Part shown: in pieces, positions 1 through 11,893 of the stretch
How the letters are laid out: each line of letters starts with the position of its first letter
How positions within the stretch are numbered: the first letter of the stretch is position 1
Assembly: GCF_057098645.1 (NCBI RefSeq)
Contig: NZ_CM169472.1
Reading direction: 5' to 3' (one strand)
Length of the DNA: 64,000 nucleotides
The notes under the pieces: generated by a model
Databases searched by the model: none
What the model saw: only the letters and a program-made list of their open reading frames with translations
Told to the model about the DNA's origin: nothing
Program-made: the position numbers and the translations under genes

Positions 1-1014
1 AAATGCCCTGGCACCGAAGTGCGTGAAGAGTACAAACGTGGATTCGGCGTACCGACGCTGATTGCCGTTCACCCGGAAAACGATCCGAAAGGCGAAGGTA
101 TGGCGATCGCTAAAGCATGGGCGGCAGCAACCGGTGGTCACCGTGCGGGCGTGCTGGAATCGTCCTTCGTTGCGGAAGTGAAATCTGACCTGATGGGCGA
201 GCAAACCATTCTGTGCGGTATGTTGCAGGCTGGCTCGCTGCTGTGCTTCGACAAGCTGGTGGAAGAAGGCACCGACCCGGCATATGCAGAAAAACTGATT
301 CAGTTCGGCTGGGAAACCATCACCGAAGCGCTGAAACAGGGCGGCATCACCCTGATGATGGACCGTCTCTCTAACCCGGCGAAACTGCGTGCTTACGCGC
401 TGTCAGAACAGCTGAAAGAGATCATGGCGCCGCTGTTCCAGAAACATATGGACGACATCATCTCCGGCGAATTCTCCTCCGGTATGATGGCGGACTGGGC
501 CAACGATGATAAGAAACTGCTGACCTGGCGTGAAGAGACCGGCAAAACCGCGTTTGAAACCGCGCCGCAGTATGAAGGCAAAATCGGCGAGCAGGAGTAC
601 TTCGATAAAGGCGTACTGATGATCGCGATGGTGAAAGCGGGCGTTGAGCTGGCATTTGAAACCATGGTTGATTCCGGCATCATCGAAGAATCTGCTTACT
701 ATGAATCACTGCACGAACTGCCGCTGATTGCCAACACCATCGCCCGTAAGCGTCTGTACGAAATGAACGTGGTTATCTCTGATACCGCCGAGTACGGTAA
801 CTATCTGTTCTCTTACGCTTGTGTGCCGTTGCTGAAACCGTTTATGGCAGAGCTGCAACCGGGCGACCTGGGTAAAGCTATTCCGGAAGGTGCGGTAGAT
901 AACGCGCAACTGCGTGATGTGAACGAAGCGATTCGCAGCCATGCAATTGAGCAGGTAGGTAAGAAACTGCGCGGCTATATGACAGATATGAAACGCATTG
1001 CTGTTGCGGGTTAA
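1..1014 (+). CDS. ilvC: ketol-acid reductoisomerase, 3' portion; gene begins upstream of the window (ORF-track start at 19 is an artefact)
   Basis: 331-aa in-frame translation ending at stop 1012-1014 matches the C-terminal domain of KARI; convergent with ppiC across a shared hairpin. Confidence 0.9.
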
Positions 1015-1030
1015 TAGCGATTCAGAGTTC

Positions 1031-1055
1031 AAGGCCTTCTCCCGGAGAAGGCCTT
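1031..1055. terminator. bidirectional hairpin between convergent ilvC and ppiC
   Basis: inverted repeat aaggccttc / gaaggcctt immediately after both stop codons. Confidence 0.6.
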
Positions 1056-1059
1056 ACTG

Positions 1060-1365
<306 letters not shown>

Positions 1366-1539
1366 TCAGGCGGCGATTTTAGCATGATCCGCAGATGCTA
1401 ACGTAATTGTCAGTCAGGGAGGGGCTGGTACATATATGGCAAAAGCCCGGAAAATCCGGGCTTCGCAGGTCCCTCAAGGGGAGAAAACTTAGGGCCTCTA
1501 TGGGCTACAAAGTCATTATCGGGGATGGTGATTTTATTG

Positions 1540-2043
1540 TCAATTTATGAGCGATATGGCATTGATTGACTTGATGACCGCCCTCTGTATGTCTGCAACC
1601 AACTCATGTGGCAAACATTGATTAAGATACCCTCTGTAAGTTCTTGCTCTGTTTAATCTGTTTCGACTGACTTGTTGTACCAGGTCGGCTTTGGCCCAAC
1701 GAATCTGCTGATCAAAGAATTGCAGGTCATTGATAATATTACTGGCTATTTCAACATGCATTCCACGATTTAACTTGTCATGGTCGCGAGTGGTTGATAA
1801 TGGAACGACGATACATGCGTTGCCATTAATTTTTCCGTTGAGCACGACAACTAACCTGTTTTTTATCATTTCAGGAGGAATGCGGCCATCGTAATACGTG
1901 GTGCTGAACGGTCCATTTTGGCTAACAGGATAGTTACCAAAGTTGCATTCCAGTATTTCACCAACCTTAGGGCTGAAATTAATCGCCACGAGTAAACCTC
2001 TCCTTAGTAAACTCTGAAAAAGTAATAACACAACGTTACGACC
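1540..2043 (-). pseudogene. yifN: orphan PemK/MazF-family toxin-like ORF (yifN-like); 5' region abutted by IS2, no antitoxin partner visible; an intact reading frame from GTG at 2031 is possible
   Basis: translation contains MazF/PemK-like motifs (GEILECNFG..., PPEMIKNRLVVVLNG, ACIVVPLSTT); the ORF-track N-terminus (2044-2178) lies inside IS2 and is fortuitous. Confidence 0.5.
2039..2043. repeat. IS2 target-site duplication, left copy (CGACC)
   Basis: identical 5-mer directly flanks both IS2 termini (2039-2043 and 3375-3379). Confidence 0.8.
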
Positions 2044-2134
2044 TAGACTGGCCCCCTGAATCTCCAGACAACCAGTATCACTTAAATAAGTGATAGTCTT
2101 AATACTAGTTTTTAGACTAGTCATTGGAGAACAG

Positions 2135-2500
2135 ATGATTGATGTCTTAGGGCCGGAGAAACGCAGACGGCGTACCACACAGGAAAAGATCGCAATTGTT
2201 CAGCAGAGCTTTGAACCGGGGATGACGGTCTCCCTCGTTGCCCGGCAACATGGTGTAGCAGCCAGCCAGTTATTTCTCTGGCGTAAGCAATACCAGGAAG
2301 GAAGTCTTACTGCTGTGGCCGCCGGAGAACAGGTTGTTCCTGCCTCTGAACTTGCTGCCGCCATGAAGCAGATTAAAGAACTCCAGCGCCTGCTCGGCAA
2401 GAAAACGATGGAAAATGAACTCCTCAAAGAAGCCGTTGAATATGGACGGGCAAAAAAGTGGATAGCGCACGCGCCCTTATTGCCCGGGGATGGGGAGTAA
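2135..2500 (+). CDS. insC: IS2 OrfA (InsC), helix-turn-helix regulator/transposase N-terminal part
   Basis: 121-aa product [56 protein letters not shown]... Confidence 0.93.
2452..2458 (+). promoter_or_regulatory. programmed -1 ribosomal frameshift heptamer AAAAAAG joining insC to insD
   Basis: A6G motif sits in the orfA/orfB overlap, as in IS3-family elements. Confidence 0.7.
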
Positions 2501-3363
2501 GCTTAGTCAGCCGTTGTCTCCGGGTGTCGCGTGCGCAGTTGCACGTCATTCTCAGACGAACCGATGACTGGATGGATGGCCGCCGCAGTCGTCACACTGA
2601 TGATACGGATGTGCTTCTCCGTATACACCATGTTATCGGAGAGCTGCCCACGTATGGTTATCGTCGGGTATGGGCGCTGCTTCGCAGACAGGCAGAACTT
2701 GATGGTATGCCTGCGATCAATGCCAAACGTGTTTACCGGATCATGCGCCAGAATGCGCTGTTGCTTGAGCGAAAACCTGCTGTACCGCCATCGAAACGGG
2801 CACATACAGGCAGAGTGGCCGTGAAAGAAAGCAATCAGCGATGGTGCTCTGACGGGTTCGAGTTCTGCTGTGATAACGGAGAGAGACTGCGTGTCACGTT
2901 CGCGCTGGACTGCTGTGATCGTGAGGCACTGCACTGGGCGGTGACTACCGGCGGCTTCAACAGTGAAACAGTACAGGACGTCATGCTGGGAGCGGTGGAA
3001 CGCCGCTTCGGCAACGATCTTCCGTCGTCTCCAGTGGAGTGGCTGACGGATAATGGTTCATGCTACCGGGCTAATGAAACACGCCAGTTCGCCCGGATGT
3101 TGGGACTTGAACCGAAGAACACGGCGGTGCGGAGTCCGGAGAGTAACGGAATAGCAGAGAGCTTCGTGAAAACGATAAAGCGTGACTACATCAGTATCAT
3201 GCCCAAACCAGACGGGTTAACGGCAGCAAAGAACCTTGCAGAGGCGTTCGAGCATTATAACGAATGGCATCCGCATAGTGCGCTGGGTTATCGCTCGCCA
3301 CGGGAATATCTGCGGCAGCGGGCTTGTAATGGGTTAAGTGATAACAGATGTCTGGAAATATAG
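2458..3363 (+). CDS. insD: IS2 OrfB (InsD), DDE transposase catalytic part; normally expressed as an InsCD fusion
   Basis: 301-aa ORF with integrase-core (DDE) motifs, in the -1 frame relative to insC. Confidence 0.93.
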
Positions 3364-3374
3364 GGGCAAATCCA

Positions 3375-3379
3375 CGACC
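3375..3379. repeat. IS2 target-site duplication, right copy (CGACC)
   Basis: matches 2039-2043. Confidence 0.8.
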
Positions 3380-3541
3380 CGATATTTTCTAAGTCTAATG
3401 GATTCACGATGAACTCCGATTTCGGTCTTCTCTCTCTGATTTAAACATCCGCAGCCAACCGGTTAGCGGCTTACACGCGGTCACATTCAAATGCGATTCT
3501 GCTACAATCCTCCCCCCGTTCGAAGATTGAGCAATACACCT

Positions 3542-5563
3542 ATGCGTCTAAACCCCGGCCAACAACAAGCTGTCGAATTCGTTACCGGCCCCTGCCTGGT
3601 GCTGGCGGGCGCGGGTTCCGGTAAAACTCGCGTGATCACCAATAAAATCGCCCATCTGATCCGCGGTTGCGGTTATCAGGCGCGACATATCGCGGCGGTG
3701 ACCTTTACCAATAAGGCGGCGCGCGAGATGAAAGAGCGTGTAGGGCAGACGCTGGGGCGCAAAGAGGCGCGTGGGCTGATGATCTCCACTTTCCATACGT
3801 TGGGGCTGGATATCATCAAACGCGAGTATGCGGCGCTTGGGATGAAAGCGAACTTCTCGTTGTTTGACGATACCGATCAGCTTGCTTTGCTTAAAGAGTT
3901 GACCGAGGGGCTGATTGAAGATGACAAAGTTCTCCTGCAACAACTGATTTCGACCATCTCTAACTGGAAGAACGATCTCAAAACTCCGGCGCAGGCGGCG
4001 GCAGAGGCAAAGGGCGAGCGGGATCGTATTTTTGCCCATTGTTATGGGCTGTATGATGCACACCTGAAAGCCTGTAACGTTCTCGACTTCGATGACCTGA
4101 TTTTATTGCCGACGTTGCTGCTGCAACGCAATGAAGAAGTACGCGAACGCTGGCAGAACAAAATTCGCTACCTGCTGGTGGATGAGTATCAGGACACCAA
4201 CACCAGCCAGTATGAACTGGTGAAACTGCTGGTGGGCAGCCGCGCGCGCTTTACCGTGGTGGGTGACGATGACCAGTCGATCTACTCCTGGCGCGGTGCA
4301 CGTCCGCAAAACCTGGTGCTGCTGAGTCAGGATTTTCCGGCGCTGAAGGTGATTAAGCTTGAGCAGAACTATCGCTCTTCCGGGCGTATTCTGAAAGCGG
4401 CGAACATCCTGATCGCCAATAACCCGCACGTCTTTGAAAAGCGTCTGTTCTCCGAACTGGGTTACGGCACAGAGCTAAAAGTTTTAAGCGCGAATAACGA
4501 GGAACATGAAGCCGAGCGCGTTACTGGCGAGCTGATCGCCCATCACTTCGTCAATAAAACGCAGTACAAAGATTACGCCATTCTTTATCGCGGCAACCAT
4601 CAGTCGCGGGTATTTGAAAAATTCCTGATGCAAAACCGCATCCCGTACAAAATATCCGGTGGTACGTCGTTTTTCTCTCGTCCTGAAATCAAGGACTTGC
4701 TGGCTTATCTGCGCGTGCTGACTAACCCGGACGATGACAGCGCATTTCTGCGTATCGTTAACACGCCGAAGCGAGAGATTGGCCCGGCGACGCTGAAAAA
4801 GTTGGGTGAATGGGCGATGACGCGCAATAAAAGCATGTTTACCGCCAGCTTTGATATGGGCCTGAGTCAGACGCTTAGCGGACGTGGTTATGAAGCATTG
4901 ACCCGCTTCACTCACTGGTTGGCAGAAATCCAGCGTCTGGCGGAGCGGGAGCCGATTGCCGCGGTGCGTGATCTGATCCATGGCATGGATTATGAATCCT
5001 GGCTGTACGAAACATCGCCCAGCCCGAAAGCCGCCGAAATGCGCATGAAGAACGTCAACCAACTGTTTAGCTGGATGACGGAGATGCTGGAAGGCAGTGA
5101 ACTGGATGAGCCGATGACGCTCACCCAGGTGGTGACGCGCTTTACTTTGCGCGACATGATGGAGCGTGGTGAGAGTGAAGAAGAGCTGGATCAGGTGCAA
5201 CTGATGACTCTCCACGCGTCAAAAGGACTGGAGTTTCCTTATGTCTACATGGTCGGTATGGAAGAAGGGTTTTTGCCGCACCAGAGCAGTATCGATGAAG
5301 ATAATATCGATGAGGAGCGGCGGCTGGCCTATGTCGGCATTACCCGCGCCCAGAAGGAATTGACCTTTACGCTGTGTAAAGAACGCCGTCAGTACGGCGA
5401 ACTGGTGCGCCCGGAGCCGAGCCGCTTTTTGCTGGAGCTGCCGCAGGATGATCTGATTTGGGAACAGGAGCGCAAAGTGGTCAGCGCCGAAGAACGGATG
5501 CAGAAAGGGCAAAGCCATCTGGCGAATCTGAAAGCGATGATGGCGGCAAAACGAGGGAAATAA
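3542..5563 (+). CDS. rep: ATP-dependent DNA helicase Rep (SF1)
   Basis: 673-aa product from ATG 3542 ([29 protein letters not shown]...), Walker A and UvrD/Rep helicase motifs; the ORF-track start at 3491 is an upstream extension. Confidence 0.95.
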   Translation: MRLNPGQQQAVEFVTGPCLVLAGAGSGKTRVITNKIAHLIRGCGYQARHIAAVTFTNKAAREMKERVGQTLGRKEARGLMISTFHTLGLDIIKREYAALGMKANFSLFDDTDQLALLKELTEGLIEDDKVLLQQLISTISNWKNDLKTPAQAAAEAKGERDRIFAHCYGLYDAHLKACNVLDFDDLILLPTLLLQRNEEVRERWQNKIRYLLVDEYQDTNTSQYELVKLLVGSRARFTVVGDDDQSIYSWRGARPQNLVLLSQDFPALKVIKLEQNYRSSGRILKAANILIANNPHVFEKRLFSELGYGTELKVLSANNEEHEAERVTGELIAHHFVNKTQYKDYAILYRGNHQSRVFEKFLMQNRIPYKISGGTSFFSRPEIKDLLAYLRVLTNPDDDSAFLRIVNTPKREIGPATLKKLGEWAMTRNKSMFTASFDMGLSQTLSGRGYEALTRFTHWLAEIQRLAEREPIAAVRDLIHGMDYESWLYETSPSPKAAEMRMKNVNQLFSWMTEMLEGSELDEPMTLTQVVTRFTLRDMMERGESEEELDQVQLMTLHASKGLEFPYVYMVGMEEGFLPHQSSIDEDNIDEERRLAYVGITRAQKELTFTLCKERRQYGELVRPEPSRFLLELPQDDLIWEQERKVVSAEERMQKGQSHLANLKAMMAAKRGK

Positions 5564-5567
5564 TCAA

Positions 5568-5601
5568 GGCCGGAAAAGATGCGTCAGCATCGCATCCGGC
5601 A
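5568..5601. repeat. REP-like palindromic element / terminator between convergent rep and gppA
   Basis: gccggaaaagatgcgtcagcatcgcatccggc inverted repeat. Confidence 0.6.
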
Positions 5602-5609
5602 CTTACTCA

Positions 5610-7094
5610 TTAATGCACTTCCAGCGGCCAGTGGACATAGCTCTGCCACTGGCTTTCCTGAGCAATAATCTCTTTACCCAGCGGATGTTGGGTTAGCCAA
5701 CCTTGCGGAAGCGTCAAGGTCAACAGTTCATGGTTAGCCTGTAATGTCATCTCTGGCACGAGATCGTCACGGCGACGGCTGGCAAAAATGATGGCCAGGC
5801 GTAGTAAACGGCAGAGTTGTTCTGCGACGCGCGGCGGTACGGCATTTTGCTGATGCAGCGATGAGAGATCGATCGGATTAGTCTGGTTGAGCAGTAGTGT
5901 CGCCAGCAATTTTTTCTGTGCGGGGGTAAAACCGGGAAGATCCAGATTACGCACCAGATAAGCAGCGTGTTGCGGCGCTTGTTTGAAGTCAACGCTCAGG
6001 CCGATTTCATGAAGCTGACAGGCGCTGATGAGCAAATCGCGGCTTATTGCTTCAAGATGCCATTCGTTTTCCACCTGATCGAAGAAGTTAGCCGCAACTT
6101 TGGCTACGCGCTGTGCCTGATCAATATCGATCATAAAGCGGCGTTGAATATTACGCAGCGTACGGCTGCGAATATCCTGCTCGACGGCCAGATGCAACAT
6201 GCCGTAGACCAGGCCTTCACGCAGCGCACCGCCCGCCAGGGTCATACACTGAATATTCAGTTCGGTAAAAATGGCGATCAGGATCGCCAGACCACTCGGG
6301 AACACTAACGCACGTTCCAGCGTCAGCCCGTCAATCTCTAGCTCTTCCAGCCGACCGCAATGAATGGCGCGTTGTTTCAGTTGCTGCAACTTTTCCAGGG
6401 TAATGCGTTCATCCATCCCCTGTGCCATCATGATTTCCTGTAACGCCTGCACGGTGCCGGAAGCACCAACGCACACTTTCCAGCCGTGATACCGTAATTC
6501 ATCGGCAACCGGACGTAACACTTCGCGTGCCGCTTTTTCTGCAGCATCAAAATTTTCCTGCCCCAGATTACGATCGGCAAAATAGCGTTCCAGCCAGGTG
6601 ACGCAGCCCATCGACAGGCTGAACAACGAGGTGGTTTGTGCACCCGTGCCGGTTACCAGTTCAGTACTGGCTCCGCCTATATCCACCACCAGGCGCTGAT
6701 CGGCACCACCAGTGGTGTGAGCAACGCCCTGATAAATCAGACGTGCTTCCTCTTCACCGCTGATCACCTGTACCGGACAACCGAGAATTTCCTGCGCTTT
6801 GGCAATAAAATCACCCGCATTGACGGCAAGGCGTAACGTCGCCGTAGCGACAACGCGAATTTGCGAGGGAGGAATATCTTGCAGACGTTCAGCAAACAGG
6901 CGCAGACATTGCCAACCGCGCTCCATTGCTTCATTGGAGAGGGCATTTTCGCTATTCAGGCCAGCAGCCAGACGCACTTTGCGTTTTATTCGCGTCAGCG
7001 TCTGGATGCTTCCAGCCACCTCGCGCACAACCAGCATATGAAAACTATTCGAACCGAGATCAATGGCTGCATACAGCGACGAGGTGGAACCCAT
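5610..7094 (-). CDS. gppA: guanosine pentaphosphate phosphohydrolase / exopolyphosphatase
   Basis: Ppx/GppA-family [26 protein letters not shown]... N-terminus. Confidence 0.93.
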   Translation of the reverse strand: MGSTSSLYAAIDLGSNSFHMLVVREVAGSIQTLTRIKRKVRLAAGLNSENALSNEAMERGWQCLRLFAERLQDIPPSQIRVVATATLRLAVNAGDFIAKAQEILGCPVQVISGEEEARLIYQGVAHTTGGADQRLVVDIGGASTELVTGTGAQTTSLFSLSMGCVTWLERYFADRNLGQENFDAAEKAAREVLRPVADELRYHGWKVCVGASGTVQALQEIMMAQGMDERITLEKLQQLKQRAIHCGRLEELEIDGLTLERALVFPSGLAILIAIFTELNIQCMTLAGGALREGLVYGMLHLAVEQDIRSRTLRNIQRRFMIDIDQAQRVAKVAANFFDQVENEWHLEAISRDLLISACQLHEIGLSVDFKQAPQHAAYLVRNLDLPGFTPAQKKLLATLLLNQTNPIDLSSLHQQNAVPPRVAEQLCRLLRLAIIFASRRRDDLVPEMTLQANHELLTLTLPQGWLTQHPLGKEIIAQESQWQSYVHWPLEVH

Positions 7095-7139
7095 ACTCTT
7101 CATCCTTCAATCTGTCTCTGTGTTGGCTGCATTCTTTCA

Positions 7140-7171
7140 CCTGAATCACTTACTACAGTAAGTGATTCAGG
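7140..7171. terminator. perfect 15-bp-arm inverted repeat (2-nt spacer) between the rhlB 3' end and gppA 5' end
   Basis: cctgaatcacttact-ac-agtaagtgattcagg. Confidence 0.5.
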
Positions 7172-7227
7172 ATTCATTCTCTTGCCATCTTGATACAGTT
7201 TGAATGATTTTGAGTATGACATTTTAT

Positions 7228-8493
7228 TTAACCTGAACGACGACGATTACGCGGAGCGCCAGTACGACGCGGACCATTGCCTGTACGTGGGCGCGTGAGG
7301 CGCAGCGGTTTTGGCAGATCGGTCATCAATGTGTCCGGATTGTATTTGCTTACCGGAATTGAGTGACCAATATAGGTTTCAATAGCAGGCAAATTCAATG
7401 CATACTCTTCACACGCCAGGCTGATAGAGTGACCGCTTGCGCCTGCGCGACCTGTACGACCAATACGGTGAACGTAATCTTCACAGTCATCGGGTAAATC
7501 GTAGTTAAAGACGTGCGTCACTGCCGGAATATGCAAACCACGCGCGGCAACGTCGGTGGCAACCAGAATATCCAGATCGCCACGGGTAAATTCATCAAGA
7601 ATACGCAGACGTTTTTTCTGCGCGACATCGCCTGTCAACAAACCGACACGATGACCATCTGCCGCCAGGTGGCCCCAGATCTCTTCACAACGGTGTTTGG
7701 TATTGGCGAAAATAATCGCTCTGTCTGGCCACTCTTCTTCGATCAGCGTTTGCAGCAAACGCATTTTTTCTTCGTTAGAAGGGTAGAAAAGCTCTTCTTT
7801 AATACGGTGGCCCGTTTTCTGTTCCGGTTCCACTTCAATATATTCGGCATTGTTCATCTGCTCGAACGCCAGTTCACGTACCCGGTACGAAAGCGTGGCG
7901 GAGAACAGCATGTTGAGGCGCTGGTTTGCAGGCGGCATACGGCGGAACAGCCAGCGGATATCTTTAATAAAGCCCAGATCGTACATGCGATCGGCTTCGT
8001 CCAGTACCACTACCTGAATGGCACCGAGGTTAATGTGGTTCTGCTTGGCGTAGTCAATTAAACGACCCGTGGTGCCAATCAGAATGTCAACGCCGCTTTC
8101 CAGCACTTTCAGCTGTTTGTCGTAACCATCACCACCGTAAGCCAGACCCAGCTTCAGGCCGGTAGCTTCCGCCAGCGGTTCCGCATCGGCATGGATCTGC
8201 ACGGCAAGTTCACGCGTCGGTGCCATAATTAAGGCACGCGGCTGATTCACCTTGCGATCGGCAATCGCAGGATGAGAGAGAAGATAATGAAACGTTGACG
8301 TAAGAAACGCCATCGTTTTCCCGGTACCGGTTTGCGCCTGCCCGGCTACGTCACGACCCGCCAGCGTCAGCGGAAGGGCCAGTGCCTGAATGGGCGTACA
8401 GTTATGAAACCCTTTTTTTTCAAGGGCTTCTACAACCTTCGGATGCAGGGCGAAGTCGGAAAACTTCTGTTCTGTTAAATGTGTTTTGCTCAT
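7228..8493 (-). CDS. rhlB: ATP-dependent RNA helicase RhlB (degradosome DEAD-box helicase)
   Basis: 421-aa ORF with DEAD-box motifs ([12 protein letters not shown]), Arg-rich C-terminus. Confidence 0.95.
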   Translation of the reverse strand: MSKTHLTEQKFSDFALHPKVVEALEKKGFHNCTPIQALALPLTLAGRDVAGQAQTGTGKTMAFLTSTFHYLLSHPAIADRKVNQPRALIMAPTRELAVQIHADAEPLAEATGLKLGLAYGGDGYDKQLKVLESGVDILIGTTGRLIDYAKQNHINLGAIQVVVLDEADRMYDLGFIKDIRWLFRRMPPANQRLNMLFSATLSYRVRELAFEQMNNAEYIEVEPEQKTGHRIKEELFYPSNEEKMRLLQTLIEEEWPDRAIIFANTKHRCEEIWGHLAADGHRVGLLTGDVAQKKRLRILDEFTRGDLDILVATDVAARGLHIPAVTHVFNYDLPDDCEDYVHRIGRTGRAGASGHSISLACEEYALNLPAIETYIGHSIPVSKYNPDTLMTDLPKPLRLTRPRTGNGPRRTGAPRNRRRSG

Positions 8494-8623
8494 AGTGTGG
8501 TAGAATATCAGCTTACTATTGCTTTACGAAAGCGTATCCGGTGAAATAAAGTCAACCTTTAGTTGGTTAATGTTACACCAACAACGAAACCAACACGCCA
8601 GGCTTATTCCTGTGGAGTTATAT

Positions 8624-8953
8624 ATGAGCGATAAAATTATTCACCTGACTGACGACAGTTTTGACACGGATGTACTCAAAGCGGACGGGGCGATCCTCGT
8701 CGATTTCTGGGCAGAGTGGTGCGGTCCGTGCAAAATGATCGCCCCGATTCTGGATGAAATCGCTGACGAATATCAGGGCAAACTGACCGTTGCAAAACTG
8801 AACATCGATCAAAACCCTGGCACTGCGCCGAAATATGGCATCCGTGGTATCCCGACTCTGCTGCTGTTCAAAAACGGTGAAGTGGCGGCAACCAAAGTGG
8901 GCGCACTGTCTAAAGGTCAGTTGAAAGAGTTCCTCGACGCTAACCTGGCGTAA
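8624..8953 (+). CDS. trxA: thioredoxin 1
   Basis: [50 protein letters not shown]..., WCGPC active site; start ATG 8624 inside the longer track ORF. Confidence 0.96.
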
Positions 8954-9093
8954 GGGAATTTCATGTTCGGGTGCCCCGTCGCTAAAAACTGGACGCCCGG
9001 CGTGAGTCATGCTAACTTAGTGTTGACTTCGTATTAAACATACCTTATTAAGTTTGAATCTTGTAATTTCCAACGCTTCCCATTTTATCTTAA

Positions 9094-9195
9094 ATGCGAA
9101 GTGAACAGATTTCTGGCTCGTCGCTCAATCCGTCTTGTCGTTTCAGTTCTGCGTACTCTCCTGTGACCAGGCAGCGAAAAGACATGAGTCGATGA
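9094..9195 (+). CDS. rhoL: rho operon leader peptide (attenuation region upstream of rho)
   Basis: 33-codon ORF MRSEQISGSSLNPSCRFSSAYSPVTRQRKDMSR in the long rho leader. Confidence 0.75.
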   Translation: MRSEQISGSSLNPSCRFSSAYSPVTRQRKDMSR

Positions 9196-9279
9196 CCGTA
9201 AACAGGCATGGATGATCCTGCCATACCATTCACAACATTAAGTTCGAGATTTACCCCAAGTTTAAGAACTCACACCACT

Positions 9280-10539
9280 ATGAATCTTACCGAATTAAAG
9301 AATACGCCGGTTTCTGAGCTGATCACTCTCGGCGAAAATATGGGGCTGGAAAACCTGGCTCGTATGCGTAAGCAGGACATTATTTTTGCCATCCTGAAGC
9401 AGCACGCAAAGAGTGGCGAAGATATCTTTGGTGATGGCGTACTGGAGATATTGCAGGATGGATTTGGTTTCCTCCGTTCCGCAGACAGCTCCTACCTCGC
9501 CGGTCCTGATGACATCTACGTTTCCCCTAGCCAAATCCGCCGTTTCAACCTCCGCACTGGTGATACCATCTCTGGTAAGATTCGCCCGCCGAAAGAAGGT
9601 GAACGCTATTTTGCGCTGCTGAAAGTTAACGAAGTTAACTTCGACAAACCTGAAAACGCCCGCAACAAAATCCTCTTTGAGAACTTAACCCCGCTGCACG
9701 CAAACTCTCGTCTGCGTATGGAACGTGGTAACGGTTCTACTGAAGATTTAACTGCTCGCGTACTGGATCTGGCATCACCTATCGGTCGTGGTCAGCGTGG
9801 TCTGATTGTGGCACCGCCGAAAGCCGGTAAAACCATGCTGCTGCAGAACATTGCTCAGAGCATTGCTTACAACCACCCGGATTGTGTGCTGATGGTTCTG
9901 CTGATCGACGAACGTCCGGAAGAAGTAACCGAGATGCAGCGTCTGGTAAAAGGTGAAGTTGTTGCTTCTACCTTTGACGAACCCGCATCTCGCCACGTTC
10001 AGGTTGCGGAAATGGTGATCGAGAAGGCGAAACGCCTGGTTGAGCACAAGAAAGACGTTATCATTCTGCTCGACTCCATCACTCGTCTGGCGCGCGCTTA
10101 CAACACCGTTGTTCCGGCGTCAGGTAAAGTGTTGACCGGTGGTGTGGATGCCAACGCCCTGCATCGTCCGAAACGCTTCTTCGGTGCGGCGCGTAACGTG
10201 GAAGAGGGCGGCAGCCTGACCATTATCGCGACGGCGCTTATCGATACCGGTTCTAAAATGGACGAAGTTATTTACGAAGAGTTTAAAGGTACAGGCAACA
10301 TGGAACTGCACCTCTCTCGTAAGATCGCTGAAAAACGCGTCTTCCCGGCTATCGACTACAACCGTTCCGGTACCCGTAAAGAAGAGCTGCTCACGACTCA
10401 GGAAGAACTGCAGAAAATGTGGATCCTGCGCAAAATCATTCACCCGATGGGCGAAATCGATGCAATGGAATTCCTCATTAATAAACTGGCAATGACCAAG
10501 ACCAATGACGATTTCTTCGAAATGATGAAACGCTCATAA
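9280..10539 (+). CDS. rho: transcription termination factor Rho
   Basis: 419-aa product from ATG 9280 ([40 protein letters not shown]...). Confidence 0.97.
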
Positions 10540-10556
10540 ATTTGTCTTATGCCAAA

Positions 10557-10588
10557 AACGCCACGTGTTTACGTGGCGTTTTGCTTTT
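10557..10588 (+). terminator. intrinsic terminator after rho
   Basis: aacgccacgt-gttt-acgtggcgtt hairpin followed by a T-run. Confidence 0.8.
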
Positions 10589-10778
10589 ATATCTGTAATC
10601 TTAATGCCGCGCTGGCGATGTTAGGAAAATTCCTGGAATTTGCTGGCATGTTATGCAATTTGCATATCAAATGGTTAATTTTTGCACAGGGCTGGTGGAT
10701 TCGGAACGGACTTTCCCTTCTGAATAAAGGTCTTCGAGGTTATACTTCTGCTAATAATTTTCTCTGAGAGCATGCATT

Positions 10779-11882
10779 GTGAATTTACTGACAGTGAGTA
10801 CTGATCTCATCAGTATTTTTTTATTCACGACACTGTTTCTGTTTTTTGCCCGTAAGGTGGCAAAAAAAGTCGGTTTAGTGGATAAACCAAACTTCCGCAA
10901 ACGTCACCAGGGATTGATACCTCTCGTTGGGGGGATTTCGGTTTACGCAGGGATTTGCTTCACGTTCGGAATTGTCGATTACTATATTCCGCATGCATCT
11001 CTCTATCTCGCTTGTGCCGGTGTGCTTGTTTTCATTGGCGCGCTGGATGACCGTTTTGATATCAGCGTAAAAATCCGTGCCACCATACAGGCCGCTGTTG
11101 GCATTGTTATGATGGTGTTCGGCAAACTTTATCTCAGTAGCCTGGGTTATATCTTTGGCTCCTGGGAGATGGTGCTCGGACCGTTTGGTTACTTCCTGAC
11201 GCTATTTGCCGTCTGGGCGGCCATTAATGCGTTCAACATGGTTGATGGCATTGATGGCTTGCTGGGCGGGTTGTCCTGCGTCTCGTTTGCAGCAATCGGT
11301 ATGATTTTGTGGTTCGACGGGCAAACCAGCCTCGCAATCTGGTGCTTTGCGATGATCGCCGCCATCCTGCCATACATCATGCTTAACCTTGGTATCCTGG
11401 GTCGCCGCTACAAAGTCTTTATGGGTGATGCGGGCAGTACGCTGATTGGTTTTACCGTGATCTGGATCCTGCTCGAAACGACCCAGGGCAAAACCCATCC
11501 CATCAGCCCGGTTACCGCTTTGTGGATAATCGCCATTCCGCTAATGGATATGGTGGCGATTATGTACCGTCGCCTGCGTAAAGGCATGAGCCCATTCTCT
11601 CCTGACCGTCAGCATATTCACCATTTGATCATGCGTGCCGGGTTTACTTCCCGCCAGGCGTTTGTGCTGATTACCCTTGCCGCAGCACTGCTCGCTTCCA
11701 TTGGCGTGCTGGCAGAATATTCTCATTTTGTCCCGGAGTGGGTCATGCTGGTGCTCTTTTTGCTAGCATTCTTCCTCTATGGATATTGCATTAAGCGTGC
11801 CTGGAAAGTTGCTCGCTTTATTAAGCGCGTAAAACGCAGACTGCGTAGAAATCGTGGTGGCAGCCCCAATTTAACCAAATAA
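10779..11882 (+). CDS. wecA: UDP-GlcNAc:undecaprenyl-phosphate GlcNAc-1-phosphate transferase
   Basis: 367-aa polytopic membrane protein (MraY/WecA family), GTG start, first gene of the ECA cluster. Confidence 0.93.
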   Translation: MNLLTVSTDLISIFLFTTLFLFFARKVAKKVGLVDKPNFRKRHQGLIPLVGGISVYAGICFTFGIVDYYIPHASLYLACAGVLVFIGALDDRFDISVKIRATIQAAVGIVMMVFGKLYLSSLGYIFGSWEMVLGPFGYFLTLFAVWAAINAFNMVDGIDGLLGGLSCVSFAAIGMILWFDGQTSLAIWCFAMIAAILPYIMLNLGILGRRYKVFMGDAGSTLIGFTVIWILLETTQGKTHPISPVTALWIIAIPLMDMVAIMYRRLRKGMSPFSPDRQHIHHLIMRAGFTSRQAFVLITLAAALLASIGVLAEYSHFVPEWVMLVLFLLAFFLYGYCIKRAWKVARFIKRVKRRLRRNRGGSPNLTK

Positions 11883-11893
11883 ATGAGGATGTG

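Larger units (their letters stand above)
2044..3374 (+). mobile_element. IS2: IS2 (IS3 family), complete 1331-bp copy
   Basis: left end TAGACTGGCCCCCTGAATCTCC at 2044 and right end ...GGGGCAAATCCA at 3374; two overlapping ORFs orfA/orfB with an A6G slippery site. Confidence 0.95.

Noticed and set aside
19-1014. ORF-track start at 19 for the first gene
   Set aside because: The reading frame is open to position 1 and the protein is the C-terminal two-thirds of KARI; the gene starts upstream of the window.
2044-2178. N-terminal 45 codons of the track ORF 1540-2178
   Set aside because: This part lies inside the IS2 left end; it is a fortuitous open frame, not part of the toxin gene.
3548-5518. 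Antisense ORFs inside rep (171, 108, 243 and 99 aa)
   Set aside because: Shadow ORFs on the opposite strand of a well-supported helicase gene; no RBS or independent signals.
10549-10767. 72-aa ORF between rho and wecA
   Set aside because: It begins inside the rho terminator hairpin, has no RBS and sits in a promoter region; most likely non-coding.
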